From positions 58,406,001 to 58,470,000 of the forward strand of contig NC_045707.1 of NCBI RefSeq assembly GCF_009834535.1: a stretch of 64,000 bases of DNA. Reading direction: 5' to 3'. Shown here piece after piece: positions 22,801 to 35,508 of this stretch (its first letter is position 1; each line of letters begins with the position of its first letter). Under the pieces are notes generated by a model, which saw nothing but the letters and a program-made list of their open reading frames with translations, was not told where the DNA came from and searched no databases. The DNA is from Camelus ferus (Eukaryota). The position numbers were made by a program, and so were the translations under genes.

Positions 22801-25800
22801 GAAAAGTTAAGTTTAAGTCAACTCACATCTTTTTGTAGTAGGAAAGATAGCTTAAGACAGTGGCTGTTGTTTTGCTGAATGATGTGTACAGAAAAGACTG
22901 TAGGGGAATTCAGAGCAGATGGACACCCTTCCCTCAGTTGGAAATGCTGAGTTTGAATTCAAGGCTCTGCACTTAAGGGATCCAAAGAAATGTCACAGAG
23001 AGAGAACTAACCTTTTGTCAATTCTAAAAATCTTCAGCTCTTATGTCTTCTTTCCCCTCCACCTCCACATACCGATGTACAATTTCACAAAACACGAATA
23101 CGATGCTATTTGGACAGTGCTAAACTTGTATAGAGAGGGAAAGAGGTCACTCGACAGATTGTCTTTCTTTGAACCTGGGTGTTTTCCTTTGGCCTTTTCC
23201 AGTCTTCCTGAGCATAATGGAATTTCATGGTTACCCTAACATGATTTCATAAATAGGCAATTTATACATCTTAAGATGGTTTAAACGAAATGGAATTTTC
23301 TGTGATGTGCAGAATTTTATGAACCATAGGATCAGACCTTCCTGCAACACTTGCAGGGCCCAGGTTAAAGCTACAAATGCAAGTCCATATACCGTATGTC
23401 CAAATTGTTAAAAGTTATAAACTAAAACACAAAGTGTTAAAATAGATATTTTCTATTCTCATACCCGACAAGTGAACATTTATCATAACCAGGAAATCCA
23501 GCTTTAAATGGAGAATTCCCAGACTTCTTGGGGTTCAGCAATGGAAATGGTCCCCTATTTCTCCTCACTAAACTCCAACATGCACTGTAAGAGGTTTCAC
23601 ACACACACACGGGGAGCCCCAGCCTGTGTGTCCAGGTTTCACTCGCTGGTCCCCCAAGGCTGCTCCTTAGCCATCCCTCAGCCGTCTCACAGCTGAGGGA
23701 CCTGAGACTAAGTGATGGCTCTATGGTCAGACAGTTTCTATTAGTGATAGTACAAATCCTGTGCCTTTGAACATTCATCTTAGTTCAATATTCATCAGCT
23801 TTATCAATTTTAGACTACAGACATTGTACACTGTCCGAGGAAGGATGGAGAAAACATGATATAACTCCTTATATGGTTTTCAGTCCAGTAATTATACTGT
23901 AACTGAAGTGTTCACATGTCTTAACTAGACTAACAGACGCTGAATGATCTTGCTTCTGTCTGCCTCTCCAGTTTCATCTTTCAGGATGCTCCCCATGCTG
24001 CCTCCAGTCCAGGACACTGCCCTTTCAGCATCTTGAAAGATTTCCTCCCTCTTTGGGGGTACATGCCATGAAATGCCCCCACTTCATGTCGCCACCCTCT
24101 ATGTCTTTAGTTAAGCTCAGCTCTAATACCACCTCTTCATAGAAACTCTGACTCTCCATTTTGCAGCGTCTTCTCCTTTTACAGTCTTCATAAAGGATGG
24201 TCATAATCTACTAAAAGGATGACAAATGGGGGTCAGTGAAAACAGCCGATGTACCCACCAACCCTCTCCCCGAGCTCCTCATCACAAGTACTCTGACAGG
24301 TGCTGCTGTGGACTGATTAGAATCTGACAAAATTTAGCAGCTGAAATAATTGTAGTGAGTTAATCTCTTGATTTGTGTTCAATCACTAGCGGTCAAGGAC
24401 ATGAGTTTTCTTAGAGCAGAGGCAATAAAGCCATGAACTCCTTTTGGAGAAAAGCTCTTCCATATCATTCTTCTGAAGATTATGCCCTATTTGTAAAGCA
24501 GGTTTATCTAGCCAAAGGCTGTGAAATATGGTTTTTTTTTTTTCCCTCTTGAATAACTGCCTGTAGTAAGGATGAGGTTAGAACATTCTGTTCTCATTCT
24601 TCTCAATTTAGCATCAGGGTGGGAAGGGGAGCGAGTGTTAAATGCTAAGAACTGTCAACCCTCGGAGTGAAGATTAGACACAGGGCAAATATTCTAAAGC
24701 CGGCTCATGGTTTGCCTTGAAAGTCCATCCAAGAGAAAGCAGAGAAAATTAATTTAGTGGAATTTTTGGGCAGAGTCAGAGGTCTGAATGTGAACCTTGT
24801 TGGAAATATTATGAATGATTAAGATGCAAGTCTACTTTCAGAAGGGTTAATTCTCACCAAGCTGAACGTGCGTGTACTTCCAGTAACTCACAGCTTGTTG
24901 CTTAATCTGAAGACCATTTTAAAGGGACAGTTAAATACCTTTATTGAATAAAAAAATAAGAGGGCAGACATTATGTTCTAAGACCATTTATGGGCTCTGA
25001 ATTAGATGGGAAACCTCTGTGTTTTTAATGACTCTTTTAGGAAATGTCATAAATGAGTCAAAGGCTGTATGCCAATAAGCAACATCTGCGCTTTTTAGAT
25101 AAAACCATTCCTAGCAACTCTGGTAGATGAAGAAAAGTCAACACTTTACATGAGCAATTTGAATTTGTAGTGCTAGAATTTCAGTTAAAATTTAGCTAAG
25201 AAATTGTTCATTAAAATATCAATGTATTTCCCTCTCAAAAATATTGAAAGAGAAAGAGTTATACTTGGGCAAATGAAGGACAATTTTCCTACACTGACAT
25301 TTTCAACAAGGCAGTCAGAACAGTCCAGAGAATTTAATGAGGTAACGAATATGAAATTGATATTTGCCCTCAGTTCACAGCCATGCGATCTGAGGCATAC
25401 GGACAGGCCTATGGTACAGAAATGAAAAACCGGCCCTGAATGAGTTCACTGGCCTTGACTTAAGGTCTTCTGTGCAAACAGACTCACTGCATATGGCTTA
25501 AAAAAGGGAGAGTCCGACAGACTCTTTCTTCCCAGAGGCCACTGTGAACACGACTAGATGAAAATCGAGTTGGAAGGAACGCGGTTTTGGAAGTTCTTGG
25601 AGGGCAAATTATTTGATGAGTCAGGTTTATTGAACATTTATTATATGCCCAGATTATTTGCTAGATGATCTGCGAAGATGGTAGAAAATAAGGACACGTG
25701 CTATGACCTCGGAGGAAGTTATAGCGAGTGAGAGTTTTCACCTGAGAACATAATAAATATTAAAATGACGTAAAACGTGGCCTTGTTGGATTAGAAGGAG

Positions 25801-25952
25801 GCAGTCATGCCTGTTGGTCCTATTTTGGCCTGTGTTGTTTTTTCTTGCTTTTTTTTTATGATAAAAGTATCATCTTAGATTTGAGAATTTTTATTTTAAA
25901 ATCATAGATATATATTTTTTAATTGGGCAATTTGGGAAACATTTGATCAGAT

Positions 25953-26055
25953 TCTTTTTTTTTTAGTCATTTTAATTTTTTTGTATCTTTTTTTTAATTG
26001 AAGTATAGTCAGCTTACAATGTTGTGTCAATTTCTGGCGTACAGCACAATGTTTT
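25953..26055 (-). mobile_element. Short cetartiodactyl-type L1 3' end
   Basis: T-rich tail then aattgaagtatagtcagcttacaatgttgtgtcaatttctggcgtacagca, the reverse complement of the terminus of the L1 at 9095-9337. Confidence 0.88.
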
Positions 26056-26642
26056 TCCTGCTTCTTTGATCATAATAAAGGCTTCATATTTATCACTGGA
26101 ATTTTTTAAGGTCCATATTAAAGTAGTACCAAAAGTTGTGCCCTCCCATTAATGGACAGGGCAGTGATGAATGGAAAACATTTAAATATATAAACCTAAA
26201 AAGCCAGATCTGCATATAATCACAAACACCAGTTTCACAGAAAAACGGGACACCCTATAGAGGTTAGACTTTGTGGCATAACTCTGAGAAGATCAAAATA
26301 GTAGCTATCAAGTTTATTTAGGAACCATTAATGGCCAGTCAATTGGTTTGTAAAAATCAATCCTCACCCATCGCCTGTCAACCATACTGCAGCTTCCCTA
26401 GAAAATCCTCAAAAGACACAGGCTGAGCAAGAAAAAGAAACCAGGCAAACGAAAGCTCTGTGAACGCTGCTGAGAAATCAATACAACGTGGCCATGCATT
26501 TCAAACTGCAGGAAGAGGGAAGGCATCCGTATGCTCATGCCTGCTGTGTTTGTACTGCCTTCTTTACTCTTGGAGTGCTGCAGGACCACTGCGCTTCCAC
26601 AGACACCTCTGCAGACCCTAACTGTGGACAAATCTACACCGA

Positions 26643-26690
26643 ACACACACACACACACACACACACACACATCACACACACACACACCAC
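26643..26690. repeat. (CA)n microsatellite, interrupted
   Basis: Seen directly. Confidence 0.95.
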
Positions 26691-28539
26691 ATCACATCTA
26701 TGGCATTTGTTCGTAAAGGCACTTTCAGGCAAAGCGCCTCACTCATGTGAGGCTCTCTCTATGGTTATTTGTTTTCCGGCAACGCAGAAATTCCTCTAAA
26801 TAGGTCATCATCATACTGATTATCATCTCCAAGGTAACCAGCTTGCAAGGCAACTGGCTAAGGATTACATTTCTGGGTGGGGGAAATTACACCAGAGGCA
26901 CGGCAGTGACACAAGAAGATGCAATCCAGCTAGTGCCCTTCAAATTCCCTTATAAGTACAGCATCTATCTAATACTCTCTTTGTAATCTGAATTAAGGAT
27001 GAGTTATTCGGGAGACATTTGTAGGTAATGCTTAGTCTCTTACTGTACACAATAAAAAGCACCAGCGTTTGGTTATTTCTTTTACTGCTTAAGTTCAGCA
27101 AATAGGTCTAGGGGCTTGGGGTTTCTCATGCTAACACGGAGCTCAGATCTTGGTGGAACTCTAGAGATAGATATGTATTCTCACTTCCTGCCTCTGCCTG
27201 CCACTATCTGTATAGGTGTTTGACATACTTAGAAGAGCGACTGGATTCGGATGGGATTGTGCAAGAAAAGTCTTGAGCATAAGGTATCATAAATTGAAGA
27301 ACTCTTCTGACAAATGTGATCCCTAGATATGAAGGAATCCATTTTTCAGCGTCCAGGGCTAAGACTAGCCAACGTCTTAGAAGTACTCTCAAGATTAAGT
27401 CCTTGAAATGGTTTTTAGCCAAGAGGAGCTGACACACAACCCAACCAAACTGCTTCAGCTCAATGTTTTTTTGTTTTAAATCTGAGTCTTAAAGTAGTCA
27501 AATAATTATTAGTTCATGACAATCTTCATTTCTGCAGACCACAGGCAGGATATTTAATTCGAGTTAAAAGAACAAGTTGAGGCCTCCAGCTGAAGGCGAC
27601 AGAGTGAAAACAGATCATAGAATCTCGCCTTCTTCCTTTCACAGCTATAAAAGTGCGTGCCAGCCACAAGGAGCACTAGCTTCCTCCTCCCCAACAATAA
27701 ACCAGCTACCAAATTAAGGCAAGGACTGCCACTTAATAGTATGGGCACCAGAACAAAACGTGCAAACGTACACACACGTGCGCAAAATGCTGGCCAAGAA
27801 AAGAAGAGATTCTGGAGTAACACACTGCAACTCCTAACCCTCACCTCCCTCCCGGCCCCTGTGAAGATTTACTGGAGAATCTGATTCATCTTAAGCCTTT
27901 GTTACTGTCCTCAAATCTAGAGAAAATTAAACGGAATGACTATCCTTTTTTCCCCCTCTTTTGACCGAGGGGTAGCGGAGGGGCTACCAGGCAGAAGTGG
28001 TCGGCTCCTTCCGGATACCATATTCTATCAATAAAGATACCACAACGAATATAAACTCATGAGAAAGGGATTTTTTTGTCTCCTTTGTTCCCATTGCCTA
28101 GATTAGTACAGTGACTAGCAGAGAACAGGTACTCAATAGAGATTTGTCAAATGATTGCAGACAAAAATTTGAGAGGGTTCCCCTTCAGGGTGAATGTGAG
28201 TCCTGATTGTAGGGAGAAGTTAAAACTAAGTTCAAAATGCCTGTCAAATCCCAGAGGGGAGAGCAGAATCCAGGAGTTCTAATTCACACAGATGTCACAC
28301 AGCCTCCTCAGAGCCCCTCTTCCCTTCAGTCTACAGGAAAGTGGATGGAATTCAATGCCAAGTTCTCAAACCATAGTTCAGGGAGGGGGAAAACAAGTTA
28401 GAGTCAATGGAAATGGAGTCAAGGAGAAGTCATGTGCACTGGACCAGAGCAAAGAGAAGGGCTGCGTGGAACAAGATGGGGGGAACAGAACAGTGACAAA
28501 TATTGAAGCATGCCAAGGCAATGCTCCCAAATAAAAACA

Positions 28540-29330
28540 AACAAAACCAATCAACCCTTCAAAGAAAGAAGCATAGCACACACAGGAATGATAAAACCCC
28601 CACTCTTAAAGAGCGTAATCCAAAGCACAAACCGAAATGCCTCAGAAGTGCTTTGTACAGTGAATCAAGTTAATGAGAACATGCACTCAGAAAAATATGA
28701 GCTAAAAGATGAGCTGACAGAACAACAGGAAGGTTATAGAATTAAAGAGGTGGAGGAGAAGAATAACATTATAGAACACTAAATAAAGGTGACCTAGCAG
28801 GGAACAAAATAAATATGGCTGCCAATAAAATGACTGCCCTAGAAGAAAGGCTTGTAAACATAAGAGGAGCAAAGGGATTAGAAGATAAGAGACTGGAGTT
28901 CCAAAGCACTTAAGCAAAATCGAGGATCCCAAAGAGAAACGGAACAGGAAAAGTATTTGCAAATATACAGGAAAAGTATTTGCGAATATCCTACAAGGAA
29001 GTGTCACTAAAGACAAAGAATAACCACACTTAGAGATGGAAAGAGTATACCATGTTCTAGGAAGTACTGATGACGGAACTCTCAACATTGTACAACCACA
29101 GACACATCTCTGAATGAATAACTGAAATTCAAGAATACAGACATTCCTCAGGCATTGAAGCGGAAAAAAGTCAGAGACAAGGAAGCAAAAAAACTCAGCT
29201 GCCCTCAAATATCTCCACCACATTCAACACAAAAGCAACGTGCACACCAACCAACAGGTCAAGGCAGATGTTGATTATGAAAGAATTTCAGTCAAGGCTA
29301 ACGTATAATCGGGTCTTGTGAGTTTCTGGT
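28540..29330 (+). mobile_element. Degraded ancient L1 (ORF1-region remnant)
   Basis: A-rich sequence with gatggaaagagtataccatgttctagg and ctgaaattcaagaatacagacattcctcaggcatt, resembling old L1M ORF1; frame broken. Confidence 0.55.
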
Positions 29331-30619
29331 TTCAGTGATTCGGGATGATGGCGTAGCCAACCTTAGAATATCTCTCCTAGCAGTTTCCAAAGTGTGTCTT
29401 CTGAACTCTGATTCTGTCAGGTGTTCCATGAAAAAGGGAGTTGTGTTCAAACCGCTTAGAAACACAGAATCTCTGTGAGTCTTAGAGATTTATGATACAC
29501 AGTAGAGTATAAAGGTCTCTAAGTCATTTTTGCACTGGAGAAACCTGGTTTTCTTTAAAAAAAAATTCTTTAACCCAGCATTTTTATTGAACGAAATTTT
29601 ACTCCCTACAACAAACACCTATTAATGCCTTTCTGAAAGAGTATTCGACAGATTGCATCTGGAGAATGTTTAATCTATGATAAATGAAGGGGGAAAAGAT
29701 TTAATAACCCCAGTAACAGTAGTCAATCCAAAAGCAAATCATATTTATTTGTCTACTTTCCCCCTCAAGGACAGTAATACAGTTTTATTATTCATTCATT
29801 TGTTCATTCATTCATTCATTTTAAAGTAGTGGAATTTTAAGATCCAGTTCCAGGAAGGAAAAAGTCTTCCCAGCAGAGTGGTGACAGTAGGACTACCTGG
29901 AAAGTACTGACTCTGCTAAAGCTGCCATTTCCAATCTTTAAGCACAGCTTAGTTTCACATCTACTTTGTTGAAAGGAATGCACCTTTAAAGGCTTCATTC
30001 CCACTATGGAACGCTGGGAGTGGCAAGACTTCAGCTCTGTACAAATTAGAGAAATTTGAGGAGGGGTATTGAAACTGAACAATTTTTCTTCCTTAGGGAA
30101 CCAGGAACAATGTAACTAAGAAGGCAAAGGAATAAATATCTCCTATTGCAGAAGAAAAACAAAGCCACAACTGCATTGCATTACTTTTCCCTACTTCTCA
30201 GTATTTTTCCAATTTACTTAAGCAGTTCCTGACAGTGTGCAAAGCCTTCTAATTAGGTTACATACCACTGCTTCAGGATGGTGGAAGCTTTCGCTGTCTA
30301 CTCACATCCTCCCTTATGCAAAGTCTTTTAACTCAGGACTGACTGGTCTCTGTTTTCCTCCCATCCTGTCAGCAGACAGGTATGTGCCGGGAATGTGGAG
30401 TTACAAGTGGGAGGAAGCTTTCAGCTTTCAGATAGTGTCATATTTGTCTGTTCTTGTAAAATACTGCCAGGGAGCTGATGGCGGGGGGCGGTGGGTTGAG
30501 GAGTGACTGGCTTAGAGAAGGCCACAGGATTTCTAGGAGCGAAGGAAGGGACTCAGGAACTGGAATGCAGCAGAAACCATGATATGCTGCCCCCTGCAGG
30601 ATTTTTAGGGAAAAACACA

Positions 30620-31340
30620 CCAGTTGAAATTGACTAAATGCAAGTTAGCAGTATCAATGTTGACGAGGATGTGAACAGCAGAAATGCTCATATTCTTGTG
30701 GTTGGGGCGTTATGAAGTAACGCCTGGAAGAGCTTCAGCTGTACAAATTCCTCCACCCCAGCTATCCCACTCTTGCATGAATTGCCTGGAGAAACTCGGC
30801 CATGTTTGTAGAAAGAGACATGTATAGGAATGCTCCTTGTTGCATTGTTTGTGACAGCAAGAAATTGGAAACAACCCAAATATTTATCAACAGAAAACTG
30901 TAAACCTCAGTTGGGATATATTCCTACCATGGAAGGCTCTACAGCAATTTAAAAATAACAAGTCTACATTAATCAACATGGATTCACCTCCAGAATATAA
31001 TTTGGAGAGACCCGCTCCTGCATAAGGATACATACTCGGATACCATTTACATGTATAAGGTTTGAAAACATATCAAATACACAGAGTCTAAGACCACTTA
31101 TATCGCTGGAAACATGCAAAAACAAAACTGTGTGCGTATGTAATCAAAATGCACAGGAGGGGTGAACATAAATCATGAAAACAGGCCTGAGAATCACAAA
31201 CACTGAATTTAAGATAAGTTACCTCTGAGGAGAGAAAGAGTAAAGGGATAGGGAAGGGTACGCAGGGGGTTTGATGATGTATGTTAGGCTTTGTTTCTTT
31301 TGTGTACCGGGGACAGGAGTGTTCATCATATTACACGTGC
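30620..31340 (+). mobile_element. Ancient L1 3' region (L1MC/ME-like)
   Basis: aggaatgctccttgttgcattgtttgtgacagcaagaaattggaaacaacccaaatatttatcaacag. Confidence 0.8.
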
Positions 31341-31752
31341 TACTGTAGGGGCTGAAATACGAGAAAACCCCAGGAGCTCCGATCCAGATTCAGCTCCAGT
31401 GTCTGAAGCCCCTGCCACGCGTCTGGCACAGGGCCCCTTCACACTTGGTCGTGTGCCTCCCGAAACTGGGGGAGTCTGTGCTTACAGATGTGATGGAATC
31501 CCATTGCCTTGACACTTCTGCATGGTACCTCCGGACGCAGCCGGTGTGACCCCACCTGACTTGCCAGTCAGTCAAGTTCCCACCTGACCTGACCTCCTGC
31601 CGGAGGCTGTGAGCTCCCCACGGTGACAGATGGATTTGCGCAGAGAGTGGGAGAGAATGAAGTCAAAGCAGGTTATCAAGACTTAGAAGAAAGGGAATTT
31701 GGGAGAGGGAATCTGGTTGACTTGGAGCTTTCTATTCCAAATGAATTCAATT

Positions 31753-31885
31753 ACATTTGACTTCTTTGGAGGGGGTTGTAATTGGGTTTATCTGTTTATT
31801 TTTTTAAATGGAGGTCATGGGGATTGAACCGAGGACCTCATGCATGTTAGGCACGTGCTCTGCCACTGAGCTATATCCTCCCCTA
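31753..31885 (-). mobile_element. tRNA-derived camelid SINE (Vic-1-like)
   Basis: Reverse complement reads ggggaggatatagctcagtggcagagcacgtgcctaacatgcatgaggtcctcggttcaatcccc...; TSD-like ccaaatgaattcaatt (31737-31752) / ccaaatgaactcagct (31888-31903), 13/16 identical. Confidence 0.92.
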
Positions 31886-33280
31886 CCCCAAATGAACTCA
31901 GCTTCCTTTTCCTCACATTTTCTCTTGACCTAACAATTTAATAGAATCTGAGGATGTGGGTGGAAATAAATTCTCAGTTGCAGCATCATGGGTGTCTGCT
32001 GCATGAGGAAAAAGGAAAAACATCTTGGATTGGTTTTATTTGGCCTATAATGGGTAAGACTCAGAGGCCAGTGGCACCGTGAGATGTTTGCTTTAGGAAG
32101 ACACCATTGGCAGAGGTGTGGAGGATAGAAGGAAGGTCAGCGCAGGAGCCCAGGGGCCCGACTTTGGGAGGCTGTTGCCACCATGGAGAAGAGGTGAGAC
32201 AGGAACCCAGGCAGCACCCCCCCCCCCCCCCGGAAAAGGTGGAGGTGGAGATGGGGGGTTGTCCAGGAGATCTGAGTGGCAGACTTACTGCTATGACAAT
32301 TTGCATTTCCCTGGAAGGCTTTTCGGAAATAAGTTGTATGTCATTGGAAGAAGAAAAACCAACACATAAACAGAGCCAAAACCCAAACTCTCGAAAATAC
32401 CAGATCCTAAAGAAAAGAAAAATTCAAGAAAACATGATGAAGAGGAAAACACAGGTATCCAGGACATCTTGTAGAAGCAGGGAGGATGGAGGTTGTTCCG
32501 TTGTTTTTGTGCTGCCTCAGATTGTACTCCCAGACACTTTTGATGCCTGATAACTGATACATATTTTACAATTTAGATTAAGTTAAAAATACATCGCTGT
32601 TGTATAATTTCGCAGGAAACTTGAAGATCAAAAAGAGTACATACTCACACATACATGTTTATCTTCAGGTTTTAGTTGTATTTTTGCTGCCTATGACTGT
32701 ATACAAAGGGTTTCAAAAGTGGTTTCCTTACTGACCAACAAAGGAGCTGTTCTTTTCATATTTCATTGAAGGTGTAATCACTTTTTGGAGCATATTGTAC
32801 CTTGCCTATCTCCTTTCTTAATAGCACGTGTATATAAGAATTTGTTAGGCTCAAACTCTTCTTTAAGAGCAGAAATAAATTTTGAATAGTTTGCTGTTTG
32901 AAGTATTAACATGACAGATTATTGTTTACTCATTCTCTTAGCAAGAAAAAAAAATGGATTCTTTTTCCCTCCATTCTTACATTTTAATCAATGACATCAA
33001 TGATGTCGGAGAAGCCTTAGTATATTATTAACTGCATTTTAAAAAGATATTTGACAAAACTTGAAAGTGAATGATCAATGCTGTCGTTTTTCTATCAGTT
33101 GTATTTTTTCTGTTTGAAAACATATGTTGTGGTTATCTGTCATTTTAGCACAAAAGCATAAATATAAAATGCCAAACCTACTTAGAATAGGAGTTATTTG
33201 TGTGTGAACATCAAAATGGTAATGAAGGGGAAGTTGTATGTTTCTGAGAAGCATTTGAACATGAGATGAAAATAGCAAAG

Positions 33281-33537
33281 ACAGGATAAATTAGAAGTTT
33301 GGGATGAACAGATAACACACACTACTGTCTATAAAATAGACAGACAACAAGGACCCACGGTATAGCACAGGGGACTATATTTAATATCTTGTACTAACCT
33401 ATACTGGAAAAGAATCTGAAAAAGAACATATATAATGTACACATATAACTGAAACTCTTTGCTGTACACCTGAAACTAATACAACACTAACTCAGCGATA
33501 CTTCAATTAAAACAAAACAAAACAAAACAACAACAAC
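33281..33537 (+). mobile_element. 5'-truncated cetartiodactyl-type L1 3' end with TSD
   Basis: ggataaattagaagtttgggatgaacaga...tatagcacagggactatatt...gctgtacacctgaaactaatacaaca...tacttcaatt plus (AAAAC)n tail; 12-bp TSD aaaatagcaaag at 33269-33280 and 33538-33549. Confidence 0.92.
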
Positions 33538-33989
33538 AAAATAGCAAAGGAGCTGAACCTTGTGTCTCTGCCATTTGGCCTCGCTGCCACGCCCTTCTCA
33601 AGGGGCTTTCAGGCAAATATCTACCCAATCTTTTCTGTAAGAGAACAAAGTGGTCACGTAACCATCCCATAGTTCCTTCTTCAATTTCCTAAATTTGCTC
33701 CTCTGCCTTGTGTCTTTGCCTCCATCTTCCTGACAACAGCAGCGCGGAGTCAGCCTTCACAGCTCCCTCCCTCTTAGTAGTTTGCTTTCTCAGTAGAATT
33801 TTCCCTAGATTTGGAAAGAAAACCCTCTAATAGCTATCTGCACTCCAGAAAGCTCAAACAAAAATGGTTGTTAGGGTAGATGAGCTGCACGTCTAATGCG
33901 GACTGCTTTGAGACCTTACAGCTTGGAGAAGGCTGAGCTTGCACGCATGGCTGGGATCCTAGTTGCAAAGAGGTAGGCTCGCAGCAGAG

Positions 33990-34735
33990 CTCAGCACTTC
34001 CTCCAAGGAAATCCTAAAATATACAGATTGTCTCTCCCGTTGACTGTAAATTGGAACAACCATCTTGGGAGAGCAATTTGGCAACATTTTATCAATTTTT
34101 AAAATGCGCATTCCCTTCCACTCAGGGATTCTGCTTAGAGGCATTGATGCCTAAGTATCCGAAGATGCATGTCCTAAGAGATTCAAAGCTGTGGTTTATG
34201 AAGGTAAAAGCACGAATGCAATCTATATATGTCTATTACTAGAGTATGATTTTAAAAAATCATGGTCCACCCACACAATGAAACGGTTTAGGCAACAATT
34301 TCTGTGCTCTCAAGCAAAGATGCCTCCGTGGTGAAGACAAGGACTTGCTTGGTGAGGCTTTAGTGTTCCCTACTTTCCAGCACCCTCTTTTCTTTGATAT
34401 CAACAACTGGCATTCCACTTTATATAAAGTGTATTACACCAGAGCTTCAGGACCCCTTCCCAACCAGATTGCCTTCGTCAAGTCCCTCCTGTATCAACAA
34501 TATGGAGCTATCACTAGAGCAGTTACAGTTTTCTAAAAAAGTAAAATAGTACGATAATACTTAGACACAATACGGAATCCACGCATACACATGTGTGTCT
34601 TCAAGGATATCCCTGAAACGGGGGTTATCTCTGGATAGAAGGGCTGGAGATGGGGGTGGAGAAGAGACTTTACACTTTTGGTCTGTTTTTACTGCTTTGT
34701 TATGAGCACATACTACTTTTATAATTAAAAAAATG
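33990..34735 (+). mobile_element. Ancient L1ME-like 3' fragments (interrupted)
   Basis: gtaaattggaacaaccatcttgggagagcaatttggcaaca...ttaaaatgcgcattcc. Confidence 0.65.
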
Positions 34736-35472
34736 AATTTTAAACCTAGAACTCTACATAAACAAGTACCTAAAATGGAAAATTAGTAAAGGCCACTGAA
34801 AGGGGGTGGTTACTTCAATCTTTTGGGTACAGGCACTTTAACAAGGCCCTGCAAAACCATGCAGGCCCCGTGTTCTCTGTGGTGGTCCCTGGCCACGCAC
34901 ATCAGACACTTGTCTCTTTTGCCTATTCCTGTATCCCTCCTGAAGACACGGTCCCCTGGAGTCCTGCGGCCACCTGATTCGTCAGGACCCTGAAGGTTGT
35001 GCCCTGAGTCTGGCAGGGGTGGCAGAGATCACCTCCTGTGAGATGCCTTCTGGGATTCTTGTAGCCCTCATTGGTCTCTGCCTTCTTTTCACTCCCATTA
35101 CAAAAAAAAAAATTCACTGATTTAGTGCCTATTTACTTTTTATTTATATTAATTGTATTCCTTTTCTCTCTGGGGAGCTGATGGTAGGAAGAGGCCTTCA
35201 GCTCAACGACAGCTGCTCCGACCACAGTGCCCCCTTGGCTACCCCACAGACCTGCTGGTGAGGAGGAAGGGTTTTGCTCCTCCACCAGGACTGCAGGTAT
35301 AGGGCTTCTTGTTGCAGTAAAGGGGAGAAGTTCACACAGTGTGCCAAATTGCGGATAACAGGACATTCTTGGACAGTAGCTGCGATTCTCCTGGGAGATT
35401 CCTGCCTCAGGACAAAGTCCCTACTTCTTAGCAGGAAGCATAAGGCTCAGTATGCATTCTCACTCTGCCAAA

Positions 35473-35508
35473 ACACACACACACACATACACACGCACAC
35501 GCACACAC
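35473..35508. repeat. Imperfect (CA)n microsatellite
   Basis: Seen directly. Confidence 0.9.

Noticed and set aside
25390..25410. Possible REST/RE1 site (ACGGACAG)
   Set aside because: Only the right half matches; the TTCAGCACC half is absent.
20252..25623. AP-1 sites TGAGTCA at 20252, 25054 and 25617
   Set aside because: A 7-mer expected several times by chance in the window; no evidence of enrichment.
28702..29223. 173-aa minus-strand ORF, the longest in the window
   Set aside because: Antisense to an A-rich degraded L1 remnant; Leu/Phe-rich compositional artefact.
31951..31963. ggatgtgggtgg resembling the missing SYT1 exon (MDVGG)
   Set aside because: Wrong strand relative to the gene and no flanking coding match.
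32107..32550. 147-aa ORF with poly-Pro
   Set aside because: Poly-Pro derives from a C homopolymer; non-ATG start; no homology recognised.
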